From Neovahlkampfia damariscottae (taxonomy: Eukaryota): a stretch of 64,000 nucleotides of DNA. Within the stretch, counting starts at the first letter, position 1. The number at the start of each line of letters is the position of its first letter. The position numbers were made by a program, and so were the translations under genes. This document shows, in pieces, positions 50,722 through 60,872 of this stretch. A model generated the notes under the pieces. That model saw only the letters and a program-made list of their open reading frames with translations. It had not been told where the DNA came from and did not search any database. The stretch lies in the NCBI GenBank assembly GCA_016618085.1, contig JABLTG010000017.1, positions 62,001-126,000 on the forward strand, given 5' to 3'.

Positions 50722-52218
50722 ATGAATTTTACTGGAGTAAAAAATATATTATCTGCTACTAAAGAAAAAATATCCGATATTTATCATGATTTTATGGCTT
50801 GGTATTCATCATCTGGTTTTATAAAATTCTTGAATTTTTTGATCTTTTTTATAACACCTTTAATCGCATGTGTTTCTTTAACAATGGGTGCATTTTCATT
50901 TTTTACATTATTTGGTGACGTGGAAGATTTACAAAATATTGTTTCAAATTGGAAACTAAATCCTATTAAGGAAATTCGTTTTGTTGATTCAAATGTTTGT
51001 CCTGATGATTTTTCGTATTTAAACACAACATGGCCAGGAACTTTAGATCACTGTGATTGTCGAAAAATTGGTCAAACTATTCGTTTGGGGCCTTGTTTTG
51101 CTTGGGAAGATAAATGCACTTTTCGAAAAGGTATTAAGCCAAAAGAATTGAATCGTTGGAGAAATAAAACAATATGCGTTCAAAGATATAAAAATGAATC
51201 TGCATTAGAAAGACCATTTCCTGTAATGACGAATGCATCCACAAATTGCACTCAAAATAGAAGGTTATGTGGTGGTGGAAATATTTCAAATCAAACTTGC
51301 ATATTGAAAATGCAAAAAGAATGTCCTGTCAATTATATGATAGTTTCTGATCAAAGGGAACCTAAATATTGGCCTATTGATGAAAAATTTAATTTGAATT
51401 ATGATACATCCAGAAATTTTTTACCAATTGTTGATTTGATTCAAACTGAAGGACACCCATGTAAAAGTGGTATACCAGGAAGTAGTGCACGTAAAAGGAT
51501 TCCAATGAGGGATTGGATTGAACCAAAATTGTGTTACATTCCCGACACAAGATATCAAGAATTTGATTCTATGTCAGAAATGGAATTTCTAGTTGAAAAT
51601 GGAGTTCCAAAAGATCATATTCTTGAAGATGCTTCAAATGTAACGTGGAAGTTTAGTTACAGAAATGAAATTCCATGGAAATATGATTGTGAAATAACAA
51701 GAGAATATATTGTTGAAAATATTGGAACAATTGATATGGTCAAGTTATTACAATTCATCCTATTTATATGCACATTATTTGGATCTGTTATTTTATCATG
51801 TTGTCTTCCATGTTTTGAAATTTCTCAAGGAAGACTATATTTCATTTTATGTCCACAAAAATTAAACATTAAGAAAGAAATTCGATTGATAAAAGCAGAT
51901 ATATGCGGTAGTTTTTGTCAAATATTTTGCAATTCTTTAACTTTTATACCTGTATTTGTGACCATTTTATACTCTTTAATATTGATTAGATTTTATTCAC
52001 ATTTGAGAATATTTTCATGTTCAGATAATTTATCAAACATCACATCAAGATCATTAGCTATTAAATTAGAAAGATCAACATCTTTTTTCAATCTGCTGAT
52101 TATCATTTTGGATGTTGTTCTCACAATTAAAGCAATAATATTTTTATTCAGTAGTTGTTTACTGTTAAAAGAAAAACAAAGAGAAAAACGTCTTTTTGAA
52201 CAATACATGGAAATTTAA
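50722..52218 (+). CDS. Membrane protein: N-terminal TM, Cys-rich ectodomain, three C-terminal TMs
   Basis: Intronless ORF with NWKLNPIKEI, TWPGTLDHCDC and CPVNYM motifs and the stated hydrophobicity pattern. Confidence 0.8.
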   Translation: MNFTGVKNILSATKEKISDIYHDFMAWYSSSGFIKFLNFLIFFITPLIACVSLTMGAFSFFTLFGDVEDLQNIVSNWKLNPIKEIRFVDSNVCPDDFSYLNTTWPGTLDHCDCRKIGQTIRLGPCFAWEDKCTFRKGIKPKELNRWRNKTICVQRYKNESALERPFPVMTNASTNCTQNRRLCGGGNISNQTCILKMQKECPVNYMIVSDQREPKYWPIDEKFNLNYDTSRNFLPIVDLIQTEGHPCKSGIPGSSARKRIPMRDWIEPKLCYIPDTRYQEFDSMSEMEFLVENGVPKDHILEDASNVTWKFSYRNEIPWKYDCEITREYIVENIGTIDMVKLLQFILFICTLFGSVILSCCLPCFEISQGRLYFILCPQKLNIKKEIRLIKADICGSFCQIFCNSLTFIPVFVTILYSLILIRFYSHLRIFSCSDNLSNITSRSLAIKLERSTSFFNLLIIILDVVLTIKAIIFLFSSCLLLKEKQREKRLFEQYMEI

Positions 52219-52311
52219 ATAAAATTTTATTTTTTCGGAGATTTTACATAAAAACGTTGAAGACAATTTTGATTTTGATTGGTTGAATACAAATTAGAAA
52301 GTCTTTTGGCA

Positions 52312-53340
52312 ATGTCACAACAACAAGTTAAAGAAGAAAAGAAATACGGTCTTATGCACTATATTAAAGGAGCTGCTGCTGGTGGTATCTGTTGTTCAAT
52401 TACACACGCAGGTATGTGTCCAGTAGATGTCGTCAAAACGTAATTCAATCTTTCTTAACCAGTTTTTTTTTTTTAGACGTATTCAACTTGACCCAGTAAA
52501 ATATAGCGGCGGTATGGTATCAGCATTCAGAGATGTTGTCAAAACTGAAGGATTTGGAGCTCTTACAACAGGGTATAAGATTTAACATAAAAAAAAATTA
52601 AACTTTTTTAAAGACTTGGAGCTACAGCAGCAGGATATTTTGTTCAAGGATGGTTCAAATTTGGAGGTGTTGAATTTTTCAAAATCAAACTTGCAAATTA
52701 TTTAGGAGAACAAAAAGCTTGGGACAATAGAATGGGTATTTACCTTGGTGCATCTGCAGCAGCTGAATTTATCGCTGATTTATTTTTATGTCCACTTGAA
52801 GCTGTTAGAATTAGATCAGTTTCTGATTCAACATTTCCAAAAGGACTCGGAGCTGGAGCTGTTCAAATGTTAAAAACTGATGGTATTTTAGGATTCTATG
52901 CAGGTCTTGGACCAATCTTATTTAAACAAATTCCATATACAATGGCTAAATTTGCTGTTCAAGGAAAAACTGCTGAAATGATTTACAACTCATTAGGAAC
53001 AGATCCAAAACAATGTTCAAACTCAAAAAATTTAGCAATTTCATTAAGTTCTGGTATTGTTGCTGGTGTTGCTGCTGCTGTTATTTCACATCCTGCTGAT
53101 ACACTTTTATCAAAAATTAATAAAAAAGGAGCTGGTGGTGATGGATCCACATTCCAACGTTTAGTAAATATTGCAAAAGAAATGGGTTTCAAAAAACTCT
53201 GTTTGACTGGATTAGGACCACGTTGTGTAATGATTGGTACTTTAACAGCTGGACAATTTGGTATCTTTGACACAGTAATGAATGCTTTAGGTGCTTCTAA
53301 ATTCCATTTCCATAATCCTGCTGATGATCAAAAACACTAA
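52312..53340 (+). CDS. MIR1: Mitochondrial phosphate carrier (SLC25A3/MIR1 family)
   Basis: GGICCSITHAGMCPVDVVKTRIQ, GYFVQGWFKFGG, AEFIAD..LCPLEAVRIR, KQIPYTMAKF and SHPADTLLSK; two introns. Confidence 0.93.
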
Positions 53341-53387
53341 ATGGAATAAAACAAATACTTGTTTTTTGGGCGAATTACGAACTTTTA

Positions 53388-54109
53388 TTATGACTTTTTC
53401 TTGTCTTTGAATAATTTTGAATTTCTTTGTTTTAACATGTACTTGTAGAGTAATGGAAAAGCATAAAAATAACCAAATAAAAATATGAAAGTGAAGTAAT
53501 ATGAATCAAATGCAATATTATAATCATTTGGCATGAAAATTGAAAATGGTCTTTTTACAAAAATTAAATTCATTTGTGAGATGACTAAATAAATTTCGGA
53601 AATGACACCAACAGGATATAATATAATAAATAATGAATATCGAATAAATAATAATAAATAAAAGTTGACATTGATTTCTTTGGTGATGTAAAATAAACTT
53701 CTTAACATTTCAGTTAAAGACCAACAAAAAACTAAAAGAAAAACGAACATTTCTTGTGTTTGAGAAAGGTTTTTTAAGTTTATGGCTACCCATAAAACAC
53801 TTTAGTTTTAGTTGATTTTATCATTTTTCTTTACTAATTTTTTCCTAAAGTTTGAATGAAACTTGTGGCAAATGGTGAATTAACAAGACCAAATAATCCA
53901 TGAACACATTCTTCAAAATGGTCAGAATTTTAATTAGAATCACCTAAAAATGCTAATGCTTGAATAAATTTTAAAGGATTCTCGACAGAAGCAAAAACGT
54001 TTTTGAACTCCAATGAAAAACCACTGAGAATAGTGAATATAATCAAACTCCAGCCTGAAAGCATCACCAAATTAAATAAAATGATGTATAATTTCTTCAA
54101 CAAACCCAT
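53388..54109 (-). CDS. HACD: Very-long-chain 3-hydroxyacyl-CoA dehydratase (PTPLA/PHS1/HACD)
   Basis: YIILFNLVMLSGW, Q.LAFLECVHGLFGLV.S, WSLTEMLR and RYSLFIILYPVGVISE; C-terminal KKKS; two introns. Confidence 0.9.
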
Positions 54110-54168
54110 CAACTTTCCAATAAACCGGTTTGGCCAATTAATTCTTTTTAGAATGTTAGAAAAAATTT

Positions 54169-54252
54169 TATCAGACAAATGCCTCATTTCTTCCTTCATG
54201 TATTTAAGTTTACTATGACTATCGGACTCGTCATTTGATGATCATCACTAAG
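54169..54252 (-). ncRNA. Box C/D snoRNA, U15/SNORD15-like, copy 1
   Basis: Minus strand: box C GTGATGA, guide CAAATGACGAG, D' CCGA, then guide ATGAGGCATTTG and box D CTGA. The guides are complementary to the conserved LSU rRNA segment CCAAAUGCCUCGUCAU. Confidence 0.85.
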
Positions 54253-54318
54253 GATGATAACTTTAAAAATTTCACTTAAAATAAAAAAAAAAAATAGAAA
54301 AAAAAATTATGCTTTTGT

Positions 54319-54419
54319 TATCAGACAAATGCCTCGTTTCTTCTGTCATTGGTAAATTAAAGCTTATAAGAACTACAAACTAAAATTTTATCGGACTCGT
54401 CATTTGTTTCGTCATCTTA
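54319..54419 (-). ncRNA. Box C/D snoRNA, U15/SNORD15-like, copy 2
   Basis: Box C-like ATGACGA, the same D' guide plus CCGA, then guide ACGAGGCATTTG and CTGA. Confidence 0.82.
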
Positions 54420-54493
54420 TAACAAGATTATAACAAAGAAAAAAGTACTAAAATATTCAAAACAATTTTAAGAAAAAAAAATTATATTTTTCT

Positions 54494-55540
54494 TCAACTT
54501 AAAATTAAAACTTCATCTGTTATCGTTGCAATTTCATATTCTTTGGTTTGTCCTTCAGTTGTGATTTTCAAAGTAGTTCCATTTTTGCTCAATTTCCAAT
54601 TTCCATTTGAAGTAGTTTTTTTTCCTTCAATTACAGTCACAGACGAAAAAGAACCATCATCAATGAAACTAATTACAGGTCTCGTATTGTCTTCTTGTTC
54701 AAATTCGAAATTTGTTGGTCTATAAACGAGAATATTTGTTCCTTCAGGAGATTCTGTTATTGAAAATAACCAAACTGAACATAATAATTTCAAATTTCTT
54801 TCATAATTATCATCTTCAGGTGTAATAATAGGTTTTTCAACTTGAGGAATATTTCCAGTTGACGGAGGAACAATTGGCATGATTGGTTGAGGAAATGGAT
54901 CATCCATTGGGTCATCATCAGAATTATAATCTGGTTCTTCTTCTTCATGAACAAAACCTTCTCCTTTTATAACCTTTCCTTTTGATTCTAATTTTTGAAG
55001 AGTTATTGATCCTTTTGGAACTAAACCAGCATCTTTTAAAGTTGTAATTTTGAAATCTTTTAATTCAAATTCTTTTTTTGGAAATGGTGTTAGTATTGTG
55101 AATTCACCTAATCTAATATCCTCTCCACATTTTTCTTGAACAATTTTTGCTACATCAAGTAAATTTGAATCAACTGGAAAAGTTTCTCTTAAAGTAGTAC
55201 CGTTAAACATACGAATTTGAATCAAACATTCCTTATAGTTCTTTTCAATTTTTGGTGTTTCAGTTTTGGTTTTTTCTTCTTTTTTTGGTTTTGTTGTTGT
55301 ACTAGTTGTACTGTTTTGACTTGGAGTTGGATTTGTAATTTTTGGTACATCAGAGTATAATTTTTGTTTTGCTTGTTCTTCTCTTCTTTTTTTATCTTCT
55401 TGTGCTTGAGCTCTAACTTTTTTTAAAAGTTCTTTTTTTTGTTGTTGTTCTTTTTTTATTCTTTCTTTTTCAAGTTGTCTTTGTTTTTCTTGAAATTTTC
55501 TTTTTTCTTCTTCAGAATCACCTTTGAGTTTTGTGCTCAT
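54494..55540 (-). CDS. UBX-domain protein with an N-terminal coiled coil and a C-terminal lipocalin-like beta domain
   Basis: ECLIQIRMFNGTTLRETF...TPFPKKEF...TLKDAGLVPKGSI is a UBX domain. Confidence 0.88.
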   Translation of the reverse strand: MSTKLKGDSEEEKRKFQEKQRQLEKERIKKEQQQKKELLKKVRAQAQEDKKRREEQAKQKLYSDVPKITNPTPSQNSTTSTTTKPKKEEKTKTETPKIEKNYKECLIQIRMFNGTTLRETFPVDSNLLDVAKIVQEKCGEDIRLGEFTILTPFPKKEFELKDFKITTLKDAGLVPKGSITLQKLESKGKVIKGEGFVHEEEEPDYNSDDDPMDDPFPQPIMPIVPPSTGNIPQVEKPIITPEDDNYERNLKLLCSVWLFSITESPEGTNILVYRPTNFEFEQEDNTRPVISFIDDGSFSSVTVIEGKKTTSNGNWKLSKNGTTLKITTEGQTKEYEIATITDEVLILS

Positions 55541-55712
55541 TTTTTCACTCCTTTTTTCTTTTCTAAAAATAAAATATAATTTGATTGGTCATTTATTAAA
55601 TTGAAAATATTCTGAAGGAAATCGATTTATTGTATTATTTTATACAATGCCAAATTTCAATTCTTGCTCTTTAGAGAATCAGTTTGATTGGTCAATAAGA
55701 ATCACAAACAAA

Positions 55713-56653
55713 ATGGGTCAAAGTGTAACTTCGGTCTCAGGTTCAGTCATTGGACAAACAATCAATATTAAAGGATATAAACTAATCAGTGTTCTTGGTG
55801 AAGGAGGTTTTGGAACAGTTTACAGAGCCATAAGTCAAAAAAATGGACAATACTATGCAATTAAAGTCATGGAAGCACCAAATATGGATGAAATAACAAC
55901 CATATCCTCTGAAATAAGTATAATGAAAAAATTAGAACATCCAAACCTTGTGAAAATTGAACAAACTTTTTTTCAGGTGGTGAACAAAAATCTATTGAAA
56001 ATTTATATTGTGATGGAGCTCTGTGATTGTTCTTTGGATTTATTTTTATCAATACAAGAATCACCCATCCCGAACTATCTTGTTTTGAAATGGTTTGTTG
56101 AATTGCTTTCTGCTCTTTCAATGGTCCATTCAAAGAATATTGTTCATTCGTAAATGATAACCAAATAATTTTAAATTTTTTAAAGCGATATTAAACCTGG
56201 GAATATCATGTTGAAAAAAGAAATAGATGGTGATTTATGTTTGAAAATTGGTGATTTTGGTGCTGGAATTCATTTAGGAGATGAAGGTGTTTCAGCAACT
56301 CCACTGTACATACCACCTGAGTTGTTGATGACACAGAAGTTTGAAAAATCTATGGATATTTGGGCTTTAGGTTTATGTTTATTTCAAGTTTTAGCAAATT
56401 TATCATCTGAAAAGTTATTTCAAATTTTTCTACAAATCAAAGGTGAAGGTTTGGTATTTTTCAATTCTGTTTCAAGAAAAAGTGTTTTTGATCAATTCAA
56501 TATTGATCCATTATTTCAAAAAATTTTGGAGAAAATGGTAAAACCAATTCAATTTAGTTGACTTTTCAGTTGTGTGCTCCGAAAGACAGAATGGAAGCTG
56601 CAGATTTATTGCAGTTGACAATTGAAGTAATCTCCAATTTACCAAAGAAATAA
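55713..56653 (+). CDS. Ser/Thr protein kinase (NEK-like, non-RD), possible N-myristoylation
   Basis: LGEGGFG, YAIK, HS|DIKPGN, DFG, TPLYIPPE and DIWALG; starts MGQSVTS; two introns. Confidence 0.88.
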
Positions 56654-56690
56654 ACCATTCATATTTATATTTTTAAAAGAGAGTGAATAT

Positions 56691-59130
56691 TTATTCAACA
56701 AAGTCCAATTTTGGTCGATAAATGAATCCCTTTGAATATTTTTCTAAATTAACTGATGACTTTAAATTTCTTGGAAGAGTTTTCTTTGTGAATGATTGTA
56801 ATGATTTGAATGAAAATAAAGCAATATAGAAAAATAAAACAATCAAAAACAAAAATATTTCCAAAACCATATGGGAGATGTATAATAAATTGGATGCTGA
56901 AATTTTGAAAGCATAAAAGAATATTTGAAATAAAATGAATCCCAGCAAAACCCAAATTGTCATTTTCATCACTAACCAAGTTTTTTTCATAATGACAACA
57001 TTGTCGTCTGATTTTTTCTTTAATTTCAATTTACTTCCCATTATAACTCCTATCAATAATCGATCAATGAAAAATTTGATAAAAAAGTAAAAAAATGCAC
57101 ATGCTAAAAAAATTCGATCAGAAAATGGAATCTTACGTAAAATGACTGGTGTAAATAAACTATAACACAAAGTGATACATAAAATGACACACATGAATGA
57201 ATAATCTGTAGACATTTTGAAATCAATTGATTCAGCTGCTTCTAAATTCTTTTTTGGAGTTGTTGATATTGCCCATAAAAATGCATAAAAAACCAAATCC
57301 TTAATCATCACCAATGATTCAAAATTCTTCAATAAAGCCATTTGTAATAATAAATTAATAAAGAAAGAACCACTAAAAGGCATAAACTATTCAAAAAAAA
57401 AGTTAAAAAAATAAATACAAATTTACCATTAATTTGAACATTTTCTCAATATCTCCACTTGATTTGAAGTATTGAACTACACCATCAGCAGATCCCAATA
57501 ACAAAGTTGGTAAAATAAAGACACTCAAAGTCAAATAAATAAACATTCTAAACATCACCATTCTAGAAAACTTTGAATTTGTTCTATATTTTGCAAAACC
57601 AGTAATGAATTTAACAATCTCAACAAGAAAAGTTGAATAAATCAAAACAGTCAAAGTTGGAATATACTGAAAAAAAAAATTACCTAATTGACCTGATTGC
57701 ATTGTAATGAAATAAATACCTTGTTGAATATAAGGTAAACTTCCAATAGATTGAAGAGCAGTAACAACTGATATTGGAGTAGTGAAGAAAATTAAAATGA
57801 TCAAAATTATTCCATGAGCAATCAACTCTCTAATGATATTAATGTATCTGTGTGTCAAATAATTGATCCAACTAATATCTGAAGGATCAATCGCTTTTTT
57901 AACTTTAAATTCAAATGTATGGTCTCCAGAGGTAAGAGTTTTCTTTTCTTCTGATTTTTTAGAAATGACTCTTTTGATCTGTTGAACAATGTTATTTTGC
58001 TTTAAACAGTTTTCTGCGTCTTCCATTGATCGAAAAATGATATGTGCTTTTCTAGTTGATTTGACTCTAGAAAATTCACCATTGAGTGCTTTTTTATATT
58101 CTAAATTCCATTCATTCAGTTCTTCCTTTAAATTTTCATATTTAGTGGTGTAATGTTCCACTGCGTCAACCATGATATTGAAATCAACACAAAAAGCTTT
58201 TGGAGGATCTTCTGGATCTGTATTCAAATAGGTATAGTGATCTAATAATTCTTTACAATTTTGAAGCTTTTTGTTGATTTTCAAACCTTCAGAAACATTG
58301 TATAAAATTTCACAACTTGTGATTTCATTATTAGGATATAAAGATTCTAAAATTACTTCTAACTCTGAATCTAGTAAATCTGATGGTAAATCATAAATTT
58401 GAACTGAATAACTTGATATATCTTCTTCAGGTTTCAACCAAGTTGTGCTTTTATAATAAAACAAACAAATCATTGAAACAATAATAAAAGCAAAAACAAA
58501 AGACAAACCGACATGAAAATATAATTTCCATGGTGTATTTACTACCATAGTCACCGAAGTTTTCAATAAATTCGATTGCTCTTGTGTCAAATTAGTAGCA
58601 TTATTTGTTCCATAAATAAAAACTGGAGGATTTCCTGTCAAATGAATCGGCAGCAGTATCGGTAAAGCAATAACAGAAAGTGTGAATATGGCTATAATCA
58701 TGTATTTTTGAAACAAAAGATAAACTCCGACTTCAGTTCCATAAATTGAATTTACATCTTCAAAAAAGAATTCTCCGAATCTAAGGCAAGGTACAAAGGT
58801 ACTTATTGAAGTTATTAAAACATAGAAAAATCTTTTGATTTTGTCTTTAATCGTTTTTTTTTGTACATGATAGATTGGAGCTTCTCCTGAATCTATTGCT
58901 GATTCTTTGTAATCTATTTCTTTTTTGGAATGTTTCAGTTGTTTTTCATATTGTTGTTGATATCTCTTCTTTTTTTTTAAGTCAAAAGGTGGTAACCAAA
59001 TAACGCAAGTAACGAAAGCGAGAAACATCAGCGAGCATAAAATTGTGTTGACCCATATCGTGGTTCCTATACCTCCTGAAGGTAGGTGGACAATTCTCGT
59101 GATATTAACAAATTGTTCAAATTCACTCAT
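56691..59130 (-). CDS. OSCA/TMEM63 (CSC1/ERD4-like) mechanosensitive channel
   Basis: YLLFQKY...ILLPIHLTG, SSYSVQIYDLP, A.DPSDISWIN, FFTTP, FFINLLLQ and YSLFTPVIL...KFFIDR. Confidence 0.88.
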
Positions 59131-60270
59131 GTTTGTTGCAACTTTTTCTGTATGAAGAAAGTTATGTTTTTGATTCGTCTTTTAAAACAACTGATAGCAA
59201 TGTGATTGGTTAAATTACCGACAACCCAAAGAAGAAAAAGAAATGTCCAAAACTCACAAAAAAAGATGAACAATTATTTCTATAAAATTCGTTGAAAAAC
59301 TTGAAAACAATTTTCAAATTTTCCTTGTTTAATAGCAAGAAGTGCAACAATAATTTAATTGTTCATCGAAAATGAGAAATTAACTATATCAATAGCCAAT
59401 TGATTATTCAATAGGTTGGAAATATCTAATGTGAAATTTTTGGATATTAAGAAAATTCTTGGAAAAATGTAATTCAAACAGTTATACAAAATCAAAAGAA
59501 TAAAAACAGATTTTTAAAAAATCCAAGAAAAATGAAGAAAGAAAAGAAGAAAAAGAAGAAGAAATTAAAACAGCTTGTATTAAAGAAGAAATAAAATGTC
59601 AAGAAGAAAGAATTGAAACACTTTTTAAAATGACAAAATTTAGAAAAAGAAATTAAAAAAACACAACATCCCAAAAGAAAACAAATGTTCGAAGAGTGGT
59701 ATCAGTTGAACATGAAGGTTTTAAATACAGCAAAAGAACATCATGCTGCAATATTAGAAGAAATGAAAGAAAAATCCCTCTCAGAATTTCTCACAATAAT
59801 TAGTTAGTTATATTAATTAGTGTTTCTTTAATTTTCTTTTGTTTGATTGCTTTTAACTGTCTTAATATTTTCTTTTTCTTTTTATTTAAATTTTTTATCA
59901 ATTGTTTAATTTCTGTTATTATGTGGTGCACATTGGTTGAATTTATGTTCAAATTTTGAAGTTGACGTTTCTTTTCATTTGTTAAATTATTGGTAAAATT
60001 CGTTTTTAAATTTCTTAAACTAGTTAATAATAATTGTTTTGGATATAATTCTTCTTGAATTTCTTTGTATTGTGTTTCTTCTTCTCCTAATTTTCTTTTC
60101 TTAAAATTTTTAATTTTTCGTTTTTTAATTCAAATTTTTTCAAAAAAATTCGTCGGCTATTGACAGTAGTCATCCATTCAAGTTTCTTTTGCTTGAATTT
60201 AGGATGCAAATGAGTTTCAAACTCATTTCTATTCCTTTTTAGACTCATACTCACTTTATCCCTTCGAACC

Positions 60271-60308
60271 AAAACTGACCAATCAAATCTGACTGACCAA
60301 TCAGTTTT
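60271..60308. promoter_or_regulatory. Double CCAAT box (CTGACCAATCA x2), bracketed by an AAAACTGA/TCAGTTTT inverted repeat, between two divergent ATGs
   Basis: Direct repeat seen at 60275 and 60293. The flanking ATGs at 60248 (-) and 60317 (+) both lead into frameshifted coiled-coil-like fragments. Confidence 0.5.
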
Positions 60309-60872
60309 AAAGTTCAATGTTGAAGAGAATCAAGTTCAAGATCAACAAAAGACCAAAATTCGTCAGATTTAATACTGATGATGTAGATTATACCCACGGC
60401 CAGTCACAAAGAACTCAGAGAAGAATTCGGTATTTTTAGAGAAAGAGTCAATTCAAATATTAGCTCTTTGGAAAAGATGGTTGAAAGCCTTGCTATTCAA
60501 GCAAAAGAAGACCGTTTATTTTTTCAAAAAGAAATTAAAGAAAACCGACAAAAATTTCAAAATGATATAAAGAATTTGCAAATGTTTCAGTCAACAACTT
60601 TTAGGTTGAATTTTTATTTCATAAATTTCAGATAACAATTTGAAAATCATTTTTTGATTTAAATAATTGGTTTAAAAAATAAAATGAAACAATAATATAA
60701 ATCAATGGATGTCAAATAAAAGTGGTATTTGGTAGTAAAAAGTTGTAGTGTAAAAACAATAGGTTTATTTTGAGTTCTGTTTTCCAAACTATGAAGAATT
60801 TATGATAAACAACGGTTTTATTGGCTGATTCCAATGGAAGTTTAAAGAATTGAAACTATAACAAAGTCTGAT

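Noticed and set aside
53930..54199. N-terminal extension of HACD (MKEEMRHLSDK...)
   Set aside because: It overlaps the snoRNA guide and box D. The true start is more likely the ATG at 54109, after a CCAAT motif.
59200..60800. Possible transposon or viral insert
   Set aside because: No transposase, reverse transcriptase, terminal repeats or viral hallmark genes are visible; only frameshifted Lys/Glu-rich coiled-coil fragments.
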